Below are positions 1 through 12,334 of a stretch of DNA of 64,000 nt, one piece after another. A program made the position numbers and the translations under genes. Within the stretch, counting starts at the first letter, position 1. Each line of letters opens with the position of its first letter. The stretch lies in contig CM075978.1 of assembly GCA_038087875.1 (NCBI GenBank), positions 169,012,001 to 169,076,000 of the forward strand, given 5' to 3'. Under the pieces are notes generated by a model, which did not search any database, was not told the origin of the DNA, and worked only from the letters and a program-made list of their open reading frames with translations. This stretch comes from Malacoraja senta. Its lineage: Eukaryota.

Positions 1-570
1 AGTCCTAGAGTTATACACATTTAATTTTAAGAATTTAATTTGAATTTGAAGTTCCCAGTGTAAGCTCTACTCTCATCTCATTCCCAAACATTATGCTTTA
101 AAATTATTTTATTTTTTTAAAGGTTTCAGACAACATAATGTTGTCAGCTCAAAAGTAATCAGATTTTAACTTGTCTTGGGAAAAGATAATTGGTTTAAAA
201 TGTTCTCAAGTGTTTAAGTGTTTTAATTTTTGCTTATTTATTTAATTTTTTAAAACATTATTTGATTGATTTTAATAGGTTTTGAATGTTTTTCAATGTC
301 AGGAACATTTGGAAACATTCAATATTTTTGACAGGTTTGACAACCAACTGAGTATGATTCATGACTTAGCTAGCTGTCGAAGCTTTTCCAGCTCTTTTGA
401 ATGGCAGAGCTTTTCCTGCTTCAAAGCCTGCGATAGGTTTATATCACGCGATGCCTGCCTGGCTGGCTGCTTTGCACAACCTCATTGATGATCAGGCCAG
501 CTTGACATCACAAGTTGGCATTACTGCACATCCACAAAGCCTCAGGGGGTCATACATATCAGTTAGATCA

Positions 571-889
571 GGGACGGCACAGGGGCACAGCGGTAGAGTT
601 GCTGCCTTACAGCGCTAGAGACCCATATCGATCCTGGCTACGGGTGCTGGCCATACGTTGTTGGTACATTCTCCCTGTGACCGCGTGGGTTTTTCTCCGG
701 GATCTCCTGTTTTCCTCCCACACTCCAAAGACATACAGGTTTGTAGGTTAATTGGCTTTGATAAAAATTGTAAATTGTTCCTAGTGTGTGTCGGACAGTG
801 CTAGTGTACAGGGTGATCACTGGGCAGTGCGGGCTCGATGGGCCGAAGGGCCTGTTTCCATGCTGTAGTTCTAAATTGAACTAAAGTAA
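571..889 (+). mobile_element. tRNA-derived V-SINE (HE1-like), full length
   Basis: tRNA-like head (GGCACAGCGGTAGAG...), V-domain (TTCTCCCTGTGACCGCGTGGGTTT...CCCACACTCCAAAGAC) and CR1-like tail (GGGCCGAAGGGCCTGTTTCC...CTAAA). Confidence 0.9.
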
Positions 890-989
890 ATCAGTGTTGA
901 CCAAAGGAGGCAATTCAATCTATTATACCTATGATATAACACTCTGAATGCCTGCCTTGTTCCACTGAGAATTATTATTCACTCTCTCT

Positions 990-1290
990 CATAGTCAGAA
1001 TTTTTTCCATATGGTGGAATTGTCAAAGACTAAAGGGCACAGCTTTAAGGTGAGAGGGGAGAAGTTTAAAGGAGATATGCGGGCAAGTTTTGTGAGTGGC
1101 GAGTAGTGGTTGCCTAAAATATGCTGCCAGGGGTGGTGGAGGCATACATAGACGATAGTAGCATTTAAGAGGTTTTTGGACAAGCACATGGATATGCAGG
1201 GAATGGAGTGATATGGATCACATGATTAGTTTAACTTGGACAGTGTGAGCTGAAGAGCTGGTTCTTGTGTTCACTGACATGTTCTTATAT
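990..1290 (+). mobile_element. CR1 LINE 3' fragment
   Basis: GGGCACAGCTTTAAGGTGAGAGGGG... matches the degenerate CR1 ORF2 C-terminus and 3'UTR of other copies in the window. Confidence 0.75.
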
Positions 1291-1624
1291 TCAGCTGAAA
1301 ATTCTCTAATTCCCTGTTCCATGGCTGGAGAATTATAATCATAACCCTCAGTATTTTCATGATCAGGCTAGAATTGTATTCTTACGATTAAATGAGACGG
1401 AGGGGAGAGTTAATTGAGGTGTATAAAATTATAGGTGGCTTGAAAACTGTAAATGGAAACTTTTTTTTCCTTAGCAGGAACTGTCATTAAGGACATTGAT
1501 TTAAATTGATTGGTAGAAAGATTTGGAGGAAAGTTGATTAAAAAAAATCTCAATGGGTTACTGCAACTTGGAACCATTACCTGTAAGAATGGGAGTGGCC
1601 AAAACCTTCATCACATTTAGAAAG

Positions 1625-2050
1625 TTCATTAGTGATACGAGCAGAATTAGGCCATTTGGTCCATCAAATCTACTCTGCCATTCAATCATGGCTGATATCT
1701 TTTGCTCTCAACCCCATTCTTATGCCTTCTCCCCTTAACCCCTGACACCCATCATAATCAAGAATCTATCAACCTCTGCCTTCGATTGATTTGGCCTCTA
1801 CAGCCTTCTGTGGCAATGAATTCCACAGATTCACCACCCTCTGACTAAAGAAATTCCTCCTCATCTCCTTTCTAAAGGAACGACCTTTAATTATGAGACT
1901 ATGATCTCTGGTCCTAGACTATCCCACTGATGGAAACATCCTCTCCACATCCACTATCCAGGCCTTTTACTTTTCAGTAGGTTTCAATTAGGTCCCTCTC
2001 TCATCCTTCTAAACTCTAGTAAGTAGAGGGCCAGCACTGTCAAACGCTCA
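1625..2050 (-). mobile_element. CR1 LINE 3' fragment
   Basis: Reverse complement resembles the 3' end of the CR1 at 4935-5985 (GAATTCCACAGATTCACCACCCTC, CCATTCAATCATGGCTGAT). Confidence 0.85.
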
Positions 2051-2563
2051 TACATATGAGCTCAGGAAATGGTATGGCACACAGGGCTACAGAACAAGAG
2101 TTGAGATACATGATTTGTTCAGCCCATCTTTGCCTAGCATGGACACAGTGGGCTGAATGACTCCTTTCTGCACTGTAAATTTCTCTGTGTGGGATTCCAT
2201 AAAACTTTTCCATCGCTGTTCCTACCAATTTTCATTTAAAATTCTTCTCTAAAGTTACATCTTTGACCATGGTTTTAGTCATCTGGCCTAATATGCAGTG
2301 AAGTATAATGCATTTGCAGCATTATTCAGTTTTAATGCCAATTTGCAGCCTACTTTCAGTTGATGAAGTCATGTACAGGCTGAGGACATTTGCATGAAGC
2401 CAAGGTTAGTGAACAACTGTGTGTGCGGTATATGCCATCTAATGTATGATGTACCTAATGTTGAATGTATGGGAAATCAATATAACATTTCTGAGAATTT
2501 GTGCTCCATGTCCCAGACTGCTGCATGCTCTCATTTTGTGTGTGGTTCAAATGTACATTTCCT

Positions 2564-3358
2564 ATGGATGGAATACTATTTATTGTCATTCAAACAACTA
2601 GGTTTAAACAAAATTTCATTTTCTACAGTTCTTACATTACAAAAAAAAACAAGACCCACACTTAGCACAGTTTACATAAACATCCATCACAGTGAATCTC
2701 CAACACCTCCTCACTGTGATGGAAGGCAAAGTCTTATCTCTTCCCTTTGTTCTTCTCCCACGGTCCAGCAGTCCAACTGCAGCGTCGAGGCGAATTGGGG
2801 CTCCGATGTTAAGCCCCCGGCAGGTGATGGTAAGTCCTGTGGCCGTTTAAGCCACGCCGGGCGATGTTAGGCCCCGGCTCCGTGTCCTTTAAACCCCGAG
2901 ATTCCAGCAGGAGAAGTTGCCGTTGTGGAGCTCGGAAAAGCGGTCTCTCACCCGGGACCTGCGAGCTCCCGATGTTACTATCCACCAGCCCTGCGGCCAG
3001 AGCCTCCGAAGCTCCAAAGACGGGTCGCAACCGTGCGCCACCACAGCTCTTCCCGCTCCGAAGACGGCCAGCACCGCGATGTCAGTTCCGCAGGCTCCGC
3101 AACTGGAGCCCTCAGGTTAGTCCCCGGCCGGAGGATACCGCCGGCTCCTCGATGTTAGGCCCAACGACATCGGAGACCCGACAGGGAAAAAGTCGGGTCC
3201 CTGCACTGGGAAGAGATTAAACGGTTTCCCCAACAGCCCCCCCACATATGCACAGCTAAAATTTAAAAAAAAACTAGCTCAAGACATACATTTAACAAGA
3301 CAAAAATAAAAAAAGACAGACGACTGTAGTCGAACCGCTGCCGTTAGGCGCCGCCACA
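2564..3358 (-). mobile_element. GC-rich non-autonomous retroposon with Rex1/Babar-type 3' tail and no tRNA head
   Basis: Minus strand ends ...AATGACAATAAATAGT as in the Rex1 tails here; CpG-rich body with repeated AACATCG; 13-bp hairpin 2683-2723; same architecture as 28677-29422. Confidence 0.65.
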
Positions 3359-3412
3359 CCCACAATGCCACAGTAACATTTTAGGTAGAACTCATTATTT
3401 CAAAATGTGTAA

Positions 3413-3903
3413 AGGGGCTATCCCACTGCAGCGTTTGCCCTCTTGGTCGACACGAGGTCCTAGGAGGTCTTTGTAACTCTCCTTCATGCTCGAGAGTAGT
3501 CCCTGCGTACTCGTGGCCTCAGCGGCGTATTTTTCAACATGCTAAAAAATGCCCGCAAGTAAAAAAAGGTTGCCATGGAAAAACTATATATATATATATT
3601 ATTTTTACTCGTAGGTTTAGTCAAGGTAGGTCGTAGTAGGTCAGCATGATATTTGTAGGTAATCGAGGGTAGTCGAAGGTAGTCGTAGATAGTCTTCAAC
3701 ATAGTTGAAGGGAGGTCGAAGGAGATAGTCTTCACTCTCCACTATTCTGTGTCCAATTTTCCCGAAGCTTGTCTTCAACATAGTCGAAGGAATCAAAGGA
3801 GGTCTTCTACATAGTCGAAGGAGGTCTTCAACATGACACTTTTTCAAACTCCCCTAAACTGTTCTAAATTCGCCAATTAGGTCACCGCAGTAGGACAACC
3901 CCT
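3413..3903. mobile_element. PIF/Harbinger-like MITE
   Basis: Imperfect TIR AGGGGCTATCCCACTGC / GCAGTAGGACAACCCCT; TAA on both flanks (3410-3412, 3904-3906); internal AGTCGAAGG/TCTTCAACAT repeats; internal block shared with 34379-35260. Confidence 0.8.
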
Positions 3904-4059
3904 TAATGGTCCAACAAACTGTTTTTAAAATTGCTCTGTGAAAATGCAACCAAATGATAGAAATCTCATTGGTAAACGTCCTGTTTATTTGCCACTGCAA
4001 GTTGTAAATTGTTGGTTGGTTCAAGTCTCATTAAAGTTCTGATCGGTCAACTTATGCAC

Positions 4060-4268
4060 CAATGTCTCCTTTTCTGCAGTTTTTTTGCACAAATGTCTTG
4101 TTCCTCATTTTTTTGCAGTCTTTTTCTTCTTACTGGCCTGCAGAGTTTGTGTATAATTTATGTGTTTGTGTGTTGTCTGCCTCTGTGCTTGTGCCGCTGC
4201 TGCAAGCAAGATTTTCATTATGCCTCACTGAACTTGTGCATACAGCAATATACTCAACTTGACTTAAA
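4060..4268 (+). mobile_element. Rex1/Babar 3'UTR relic
   Basis: GCTGCTGCAAGCAAGATTTTCATT...ACTTGACTT resembles the Rex1 tail at 31585-31660. Confidence 0.55.
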
Positions 4269-4934
4269 CTTTAAGTTGTTGAAAAGTATCTCATGCCTGC
4301 ATTTTGAAGTGGAAAGGTATCCAGACCTCTGATGTCCTGACCATTATTTATATCTCACTCAACCTGACTAAAACAGATGATCCTGTAAACATCATTACTA
4401 TGTGCAGGCACCTACTGTACTATTCAATTTTCAGATGTGGGCATTGCTGTCAAAATGTATTGCCCATCACTAATTGTCCAGAACAAAGTGCCTTGTGAAG
4501 CTATCTCAGTGTGCATTACATTATTGTGGTTTCTCATACATGTCATATGGGATTATGATGCCAGATTTTCTCTTATGAAGAACATAAGTGAAACAAATGG
4601 AGACATACTGTAACTATAGCATCTGCAGTCACTTTGGAGGAAAAAAGGAAACCCTTAGGGGAACTCAGTGGGTCAGGTAACATCTTTGAAGGCAGAGGGA
4701 TGGTTGACATTTCAGGGCACGACCCTGCATTAGGACACACAATGTAGAAAGCAGATAGCCAACATAATGAGTTAGAGGGAGGGGGAGAGGCCAGACTTGG
4801 TTGACAGCAGATAAAGGACAGCCACAGTGGGGCAGCGGTAGATTGCTGCCTTACAGCATCCGAGACCCGGGTTCAATCCCGACTACAGGTGCTGCCTGTA
4901 CGGACTTTGTACGTTCTACCCGTAACCGCAAGGG

Positions 4935-5985
4935 TTTTCACAATGGCAGGCAGTGACGTGGGGTACCGCAAGGCTCAGTGCTGGGACCCCAGCTATTTAC
5001 AATTTATATTAATGATGTGGATGAGGGAATTGAAAGCAACATCTCCAAGTTTGCAGATTACACTAAGCTGGGGGGCAGTGTTAGCTGTGAGGAGGATGCT
5101 AGGAGACTGCAAGGTGACTTGGATAGGCTGGGTGAGATGGCAAATGTTTGGCTGATGCAGTATAATGTGGATAAATGTGAGGTTATCCACTTTGGTGGCA
5201 AAAACGGGAAGGCAGACTATTATCTAAATGGTGGCCGATTAGGAAATGGGGAGATGCAGCGAGACCTGGGTGTCTTGGTACACCAGTCATTGAAAGTAGG
5301 CATGCAGGTGCAGCAGGCAGTGAAGAAAGCGAATGGAATGTTGGCTTTCATAGCAAGAGGATTTGAGTATAGGAGCAGGGAGGTTCTACTGCAGTTGTAC
5401 AGGGTCTTGGTGAGACCACACCTGGAGTATTGCGTACAGTTTTGGTCTCCAAATCTGAGGAAGGACATTATAGCCATAGAGGGAGTGCAGAGAAGGTTCA
5501 CCAGACTGATTCCTGGAATGTCAGGACTTTCATATGAAGAAAGACTGGATAGACTTGGCTTATACTCGCTAGAATTTAGGAGATTGAGAGGGGATCTTAT
5601 AGAAACGTACAAAATTCTTATGGGGTTGGACAGGCTAGATGCAGGAAGATTGTTCCCGATGTTGGGGAAGTCCAGGACAAGGGGTCACAGCTTAAGGATA
5701 AGGGGGTATTCCTTTAAGACCGAGATGAGGAAAAACTTTTTCACACAGAGAGTGGTGAATCTCTGGAACTCTCTGCCACAGAGGGTAGTTGAGGCCAGTT
5801 CATTGGCTATATTTAAGAGGGAGTTAGATGTGGCCCTTGTGGCTAAGGGGATCAGGGGGTATGGAGAGAAGGCAGGTACGGGATACTGAGTTGGATGATC
5901 AGCCATGATCATATTGAATGGCAGTGCAGGCTCGAAGGGCCGAATGGCCTACTCCTGCACCTATTTTCTATGTATTTATGTATGT
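4935..5985 (+). mobile_element. CR1 LINE, 5'-truncated, young
   Basis: Contains the 303-aa ORF with CR1 motifs and the CR1 3'UTR (GAAGGGCCGAATGGCCTACTCCTGCACC) plus microsatellite tail. Confidence 0.95.
4978..5889 (+). pseudogene. CR1 ORF2 fragment (RT C-terminal half)
   Basis: LGPQLFTIYIND, SKFADYTKL (FADD motif with D>Y), RPHLEYCVQFWSP, RRLRGDLIETYK, FFTQRVVNLWNSLP. Confidence 0.92.
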
Positions 5986-6229
5986 AGGTTAATTGTCTTG
6001 GTGTATGTGTAAATTGTCCCTTGTGTGTGTAGGTTTGTGTTAATGAGCAGGAATCACTGGTCAGTGCGGACTAGGTGGGCCGAAGGGCCTGTTTCCGCGC
6101 TGTATCTCTAAACTAGACAACAGATGGAACCAGGTGAGGAGGGGAATGATAGACTGATGAACCCGGGTGGGAGAGAGGAAGTGGTAGAGTTAGGAGACAA
6201 TGGTTAGTGGGTGTTAGGTATAAACAGAT

Positions 6230-6440
6230 GATGTACGGAGCTTGCACGTTCTCCCTATGACCACATAGGTTTTCTCCGAATGCTCCGGCTTCCGCCCAAA
6301 TCCCAATGACGTGCAGGTTTATAGGTTAATTGGCTTCTGTAAATTGTCCCTGGTGTGTAGGATAGAACTAATGTGAACGATTCGACATGGTCTCAATGGG
6401 CCGAAGGGCCTGTTCCCATGCTGTATCTCTAAATTAAACC
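6230..6440 (+). mobile_element. V-SINE, 5'-truncated
   Basis: V-domain and CR1-like tail. Confidence 0.8.
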
Positions 6441-6469
6441 AAAAAGACACCCTTCAAAAAAATTCTTTG

Positions 6470-6600
6470 TTTTCTGACAAAGAGTCTTTGATCTGAAACG
6501 TTAATGGCTTCTCTTCCCATAAATGTAAACTAAACTGCTAAGTACTGTATTTCCAGCATTTTCAGTTTTATTTTAGCTTCCCAGCATCTGCAGCTTTTTA
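6470..6600 (+). mobile_element. Penelope-like terminal-repeat fragment with degenerate hammerhead core
   Basis: CTGACAA-AGAGTCTTTGATCT-GAAA-CGTT (6474-6502), then TCCAGCATTTT...CCAGCATCTGCAG. Confidence 0.6.
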
Positions 6601-7008
6601 AAAAATATTTTCACTTTTGTCAACACAAACATTTTGTTTCTCTAATTATACTGTAAAGTACACTGTAATTAATTGCCGTGTTCCTTGTGATTTTGAAATG
6701 AATTTATTAGTATTTCACTGTTCAATTAATCTTCACATCGGACTCAATTTGTAAGACACTTATGCATTTCAGATAACCATACTTGGTTATGCCACAGGGT
6801 GAATTCCAACCAGTTCATGGATAATTTTAAACTAAATTTGCCTAATTTCTTATCAAGAAAGCAATTCAGCTTGACAGCATCTGTCCTGAAGGCCATTCAA
6901 AGGCCCAGTCACTGAGTATAGAGTTGTCACCCAAGTTGTGTGAAATTTATTATGCAAAAAATGATTATCAAAATAATGTTGAGGCTAAAGTCACCTGTGA
7001 TTGATTAT

Positions 7009-7300
7009 GGGTGGCATGGTGGTGCAGCAGCAGAGCTTCAGCCTTACAGCGCCAGAGACCTGGGTTCAATCTCGTCTACGGGTGGTGTCTGTATAGAGTT
7101 GGTACGTTCTCCCAGTGACCGAGTGTGTTTTCCCCGGGTGCTCCGGTTTCCTTCCACACTCCAAAAACGTGTAGGTTTGTAGGTTAATTGACTTTGGTAA
7201 AAGATTGTAAATTGTACCTAGATGGTGCTAGTGTACGGAGTGATCGATGGACTCGGTGGGGCGAAGGGCCCGTTTCCACGCTGATCTCTAAACTAATTAA
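7009..7300 (+). mobile_element. V-SINE
   Basis: tRNA head, V-domain, tail. Confidence 0.9.
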
Positions 7301-7634
7301 TGTGTATGATGTAGCTTGTTTGAGAGAGACTGATGCGTGGTTAAACACAAATATTCCTAAATTGGTGTCCAAGTTACATTGCTACATTGTGGGCTTTGCT
7401 AAAAACAGCATCTTCCTGTCTGGTTGTTTCACCAGGGGAATTCATTGAATAGTGTGATGTTGCTATATTAGGAAAATAAGCCACAAAAAGTCAAATCTTG
7501 TCTGTTCCAATCTTGAATGTAGTGCCAAATAGTAGTTTTAAACTGATTGCAATAAATCTTATGTATCTGCACATCTTTGAGGAGAATTGGTTCTGGGGAA
7601 CATATTACAGATAAGTCCACTGTATAAGAATTCT

Positions 7635-7937
7635 ATTTAGTTTTGTGATACAGCGTGGAAGCAGGCCCTTCAGCTCACGAAATCCACGCCGACCAGCAAT
7701 CCCCATACACTAGTCCTGTCCGACACACTAGGGACAATTTACAATTTTTACCCAAGTCAATTAACCTACAAACCTGTACATTTTTCGAGTGTGGAAGGAA
7801 ACCAGAGCACCCGGGAAAAACCCACGAGGTCATGGAGAGAACATACAAATTCCGTACAGACAGCACCCATAGTCAGGATCAAACACAGATCGCTGGCGCT
7901 GTAGCTGCAACTCTACTGCTGCGCAACCATGCCATCC
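7635..7937 (-). mobile_element. V-SINE
   Basis: Reverse complement of the SINE consensus. Confidence 0.9.
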
Positions 7938-8071
7938 CCATTCTTCTACCCACTCATTACAGTTCTGACATTTTGCTCTATCTTGCAGTCCCTATCTTTC
8001 TCTTCCTTGCCAATGTCTAGAGAAATTTCCTCCAGGAAAATGCACAGTAAAAGGCAATTGTTCAAAAAAAT

Positions 8072-8131
8072 ATATATCCTTTCAACATGGCACTCATGAG
8101 AATATATCCTTTCAACATGGCACTCATGAGA
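8072..8131. repeat. Perfect 30-bp tandem duplication
   Basis: ATATATCCTTTCAACATGGCACTCATGAGA twice. Confidence 0.95.
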
Positions 8132-8414
8132 AGCCTAAAATGTTTTTAACATCCCAGATTAAGCAATTGCTGCACTTATCTTCAAACATCTCCAATCAGT
8201 CACCAACAAGCCTGGAAACATCAAGCTTTTAATCCAGAGATGCTACCTGTCCCACTGAGTTACTCCAATATTTTGTGTCTATCTTTGCTGTCTGTATGGA
8301 AAAACCAGAAATGTTGAGCATTGTTTAGATGGTCTGAGATTAGAAAATTATGATTTCATAGGCACCCAGATGTGTTTTTTTTTACAAGTCACTGCAAGGC
8401 AAAGTAGATTTTCA

Positions 8415-8690
8415 TTCAGTTCAACGTAGAAACCGGCTCACTGAGTCCAAGCTTACCACTGATCACCCATACACTAGTTCCATGTTATCCCAGTTTCACA
8501 TCCTACACACTAGGGGCCATTTACAGAAGCCAATTAACCCGCACATCTTTGGAATGTGGGAGAAAACTGGAGCACCCAGATAAATCCTACAAGGTTACAG
8601 GGAGAATGTACAAACTCCATACAGGCAGTGCCCATAATCAGGATCGAACACAGGTCTCTGTGCAGCAATGCAGCAACTCCACCACAACCA
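8415..8690 (-). mobile_element. V-SINE (older subfamily)
   Basis: Reverse V-domain GGAATGTGGGAGAAAACTGGAGCACCC and B-box. Confidence 0.8.
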
Positions 8691-9239
8691 ATTAGGAAAA
8701 AAATTAATTTCTTGCAAGTCCATTGCGTACCAAAGTAAAGATGCCGTTCTGGAACTATGTGGAACTTCACATTACAGGGCACTGTTTACAGTTTGTGTGC
8801 AGGTTATTCTATACTGCTGTAGAGGGAGTACAATGAAGACTTACTAGACTAGTTCCAGGGATGACAGGTCTATTAGAGAAGGATAAATTGAGTAAGCTAG
8901 GCCATTCTCTATTGAGTTTAAAGACTGAGAGATAATGTTATTAAATGAAGAGACGTCTTTGGGGATTTTAGAAATTATATGGGGAGATCGTTTTCCTTTG
9001 CTGATGAGACTAGAACTAGTGATAACAGTCTCTCAGGGGGGAAAAAACAGGCCTTTTGGGTGTGAATCGAGAATAAATTTCCTCATGTGATGAATTTTTG
9101 GATTTTCAGAAATTGATTGAATTCAGAGAAGGATATATGGATATTAGAGGAATAAAGGGCCATTGCTGAAAAATGGTGTTCAGATACAGAATCAGCTGTG
9201 TGCAAGTGACCTTCTCGCACTCTCATTTGCAAAAGTTTT

Positions 9240-9450
9240 AATTTGTGACTCTTTAATCCGTTTGTCACACTTTTTAAAATCTCACCCGTGTTCACCTGTT
9301 ATCTGCCTAGCTTTGTCCTGCCCCTCCTTTCTTCTAACTTTCTTCCCCTACCCCACAATCAGTCTGGTCCCGACCCAAAACATTACCTATCCATGTTCTC
9401 CAGGGATGCTGCCTGACCTGTTGACCTACCACTATGTGTTTCTTTTTTTA
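9240..9450 (+). mobile_element. Penelope-like terminal-repeat fragment
   Basis: Pyrimidine-rich leader, then CAGTCTG-GTCCCGACCCAAAACATT (core partly deleted) and GATGCTGCCTGACC. Confidence 0.65.
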
Positions 9451-9837
9451 ATCCCACTCTGGTTTGTTATAAATATAATGTCAGAAACTTTATTTTTGGA
9501 ATTCATTTGTATTTATGTCCTAGCCCTAGGTACATTAAAAAGATTTTATCATGTCTTTCAAACAATATCACTAATATTTCTGTACTGACAATAGCCCAAT
9601 AAAATAATAAGAATTATTTTACAGATATTAAATAATTATAAAAAATACTAAATGTAGTGATAGCTTCTTCCATTTAAAGCCAAAGTATATCTCATAGCAT
9701 TTATAATGGTTGATTATCAAGACAAAGCTATCAGTTAAGCATACAATGGCATCCTATTCCAGTCCAGCTACCTCCACAACATAAAATATCAAGCTGCATA
9801 CAGGAGTAATCCATGAACAGAAACAGTTGAGAACCTT

Positions 9838-10112
9838 AGGCACAGGGGTAGAGTTGCTGCCTTACAGCGCTTGCAGTGCCAGAGACCTGGGTTCGATCCC
9901 GACTACAGGTGCTGTCTGTACGTTCTTCCCCTGACCTGCGTGGGTGTTCTCCGAGATCTTCGGTTTCCTCACACACTCCACAAGACGTACAGGTTTGTAG
10001 GTTAATTGGTTTGATATAAATGTAAATTGTCCCTAGTGTGTGTAGGATGGTGTTATTGTGTGGGGATCGCTGCTCGGTGGGCCTATTTCTGCGCTGTATC
10101 TCTAACTAAACT
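9838..10112 (+). mobile_element. V-SINE
   Basis: B-box GGTTCGATCC, V-domain, tail. Confidence 0.9.
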
Positions 10113-10561
10113 AGGTGAGCAGCCATTTATTGAACAAAGAGGGGACAAAGCAACTAAAGTGGTTGTGTCTTGGAAGACTGACAGCAGGGAGGAGGAGAGC
10201 AAATGACAAATGTGTTGGTGATCCAAATACCATCACAGAGGGAGAGCTCCACAACAAACAGATAGGCAGCTGAACTAATGAATAAATAGAAGCTGACAAG
10301 TGTTCTTATCAATGAAATCTTTGGAAGTGCTCACCAGCAACATTTTTCACCTTACAATCATTCTCTAGTGAGAACAGTTGCATGCAAGATCAATTGTTTA
10401 ACCCTTTGAGTGCCCGAAATTATTTCCATTCTGAACATCCATTTCAGAACTGAACTGTCTTTGCCACAGCTCTCCCAGATTTCTTCATTCTTCCATTCCA
10501 TTTCTGGGCATTTTGACATATTTGCTTTCTAATAGATTTAACATGCTTGACTAAGATAACC

Positions 10562-10710
10562 TTGATAGACACCAAATGCTGGAGTAACTCTGTGGGTCGG
10601 GCAGCATCTCTAGAAAAAAAAAGAATATTTTTCTACCCATTTTTTCTACAGAAGTGCTGCCTGACCCATTGAGTTTTTTCAGCATTTCGTGTCTATCTAT
10701 GGTATAAACT
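10562..10710. mobile_element. Penelope-like foldback fragment
   Basis: GATAGACAC...ATGCTGGAGTAACTC inverted against GAGTTTTTTCAGCATTTCGTGTCTATC. Confidence 0.7.
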
Positions 10711-11869
10711 ACCATCCTTGTTATTACATTAGAATATAACTTTGAATTGTTCATGAGATATCCATAGCTGTAATTCAATTTTAAATCATTTTGAAACACG
10801 ATTGCGGGATCGATGAAATGCTTCAATAATTTTCTTTCTCCCACTTTCATTCTACTCATAAAATATGTAGGCTTCATCATATGCCAAAGATCATTTTTGC
10901 AGCTGTTATGTGATAGAAAACATATGTGTTTATAACATTTTCAAAGCTGTGAAATCCATTCAGTACAAAAAGGGGAAATGGTGAAGATCATAAATGGGAG
11001 CAAGACTTCTTCCCAACTGCAGTCTGAGAAATAAAATGTGGGCCATGTCATTAACATTGTACATCTTCACTTGTGATAATTCAGAACAGTAAAATTACAA
11101 CATATTTTACATGATTATGAAATGCTAAATATCAAACAGCTGCCAAAGCATTTTGCATTTGCTTCCATAAGAATGGCCATTAAACTCCCTGAACAACATA
11201 CTGTGAGAAACATCAAGATTTTTTTTGTTCTGACCTGGCTTCATGGCAATTGCAAGAATTCTTCTCATCTTTCCAACGGCATTATACTCCCAGTGAAACC
11301 TTGCAGGTTGAAACAGCAAATTGAGTTGAAATATAGTTGTTTATTGGACGTTGCTATATGTTGGCTACCACATTTGCTTGCAAAACAAGTGGTTAAACTG
11401 CAAAAGGAATTCATTACAACAGAAGCAACTTAAATTTTATTTGGCACTGTTAAAACTATTCCTGAGGCGCACCATTGAGCAACATTTGACTCCAAGCCAC
11501 AAATTGATAAATTAAGGCAGACTTCGGTGTCAGAGGTAGGTTGTAATTAGTCACATAAAAAGGAGGAAAAACTGGTTTTGAGCTGAAAAGAGATCAGTCT
11601 ATCATAAGACCTCAGCAAATGCTGACTGGGTTGTATATGATAGATTAATTAAAATTAATATGTTCAAGAGGCTAGAATTATAGGTGGGCTATAGAGCACA
11701 GAGAAATTACATGGATGAAAGGGAAAAGGCTCTTCACAAATTTGGCAGGTTAAATGAGAATTAAAAAATCCAGGCTTTCTTGAGTTGAGAATCAATGACA
11801 GCGGACAATGGTGTGATAATTGAGGGAGTTTAGTTGATTAAGGAAATGGCTGTTTGAAGATCAAGACCT

Positions 11870-12190
11870 TAGACCTGGTAGAAAACTTAAGGTTTACTGG
11901 GCAGCATTGATCCTTGCCCAGAGATCTTGACTAACTGCAGCAGGTACCTCAAGGCACTTGAAAGATGTACAAACACCATCTCTGTAAAATTCCCTGAAAA
12001 GAGAAGCAAATCAACACCAGTGTTCTCTTTCAGCCCAACATCTGAGGCCCAAGCTACCCTCAGTCAGATGAGCAGGCTAGATTGACACCAGATTCACAAC
12101 ATAGGCACTCTGATCCAAGCTCTGTCACGAGAAGAGATTACCACAGACTAAAGGCAAATTTAAGAACGTGCTCAAAGTCACCTTGAACAG
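11870..12190 (+). mobile_element. RTE-clade LINE relic
   Basis: Degenerate KVY.A..IP / RHLKALER-like coding remnants, homologous to 39780-40100. Confidence 0.55.
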
Positions 12191-12334
12191 AGACTCTTGC
12201 CCAGAGTAGGGTAAATCAAGAACCAGAGGACATGCATTTAAAGTATGGGGGGGGGGGGGAGGAGATCTCTTTCAATGAATCTGTACCCTCCATGTTGATC
12301 ACTGACACTGACACTATCAGCAGCACTCTGGAAT

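Larger units (their letters stand above)
4820..6115 (+). mobile_element. V-SINE split by a CR1 insertion (halves about 4820-4938 and 5985-6115)
   Basis: SINE head with B-box GGTTCAATCC precedes the CR1; the SINE 3' half (AGGTTAATTG...GGGCCGAAGGGCCTGTTTCC) follows it. Confidence 0.85.

Noticed and set aside
3640-3835. Recurrent short repeats resembling a CRISPR-like array
   Set aside because: Irregular, degenerate subrepeats inside a TIR element; no unique spacers; eukaryotic context.
11470-11830. Possible minus-strand L2 LINE 3' relic (similar sequence at 46190-46380)
   Set aside because: Too degenerate to set boundaries or family confidently by eye.
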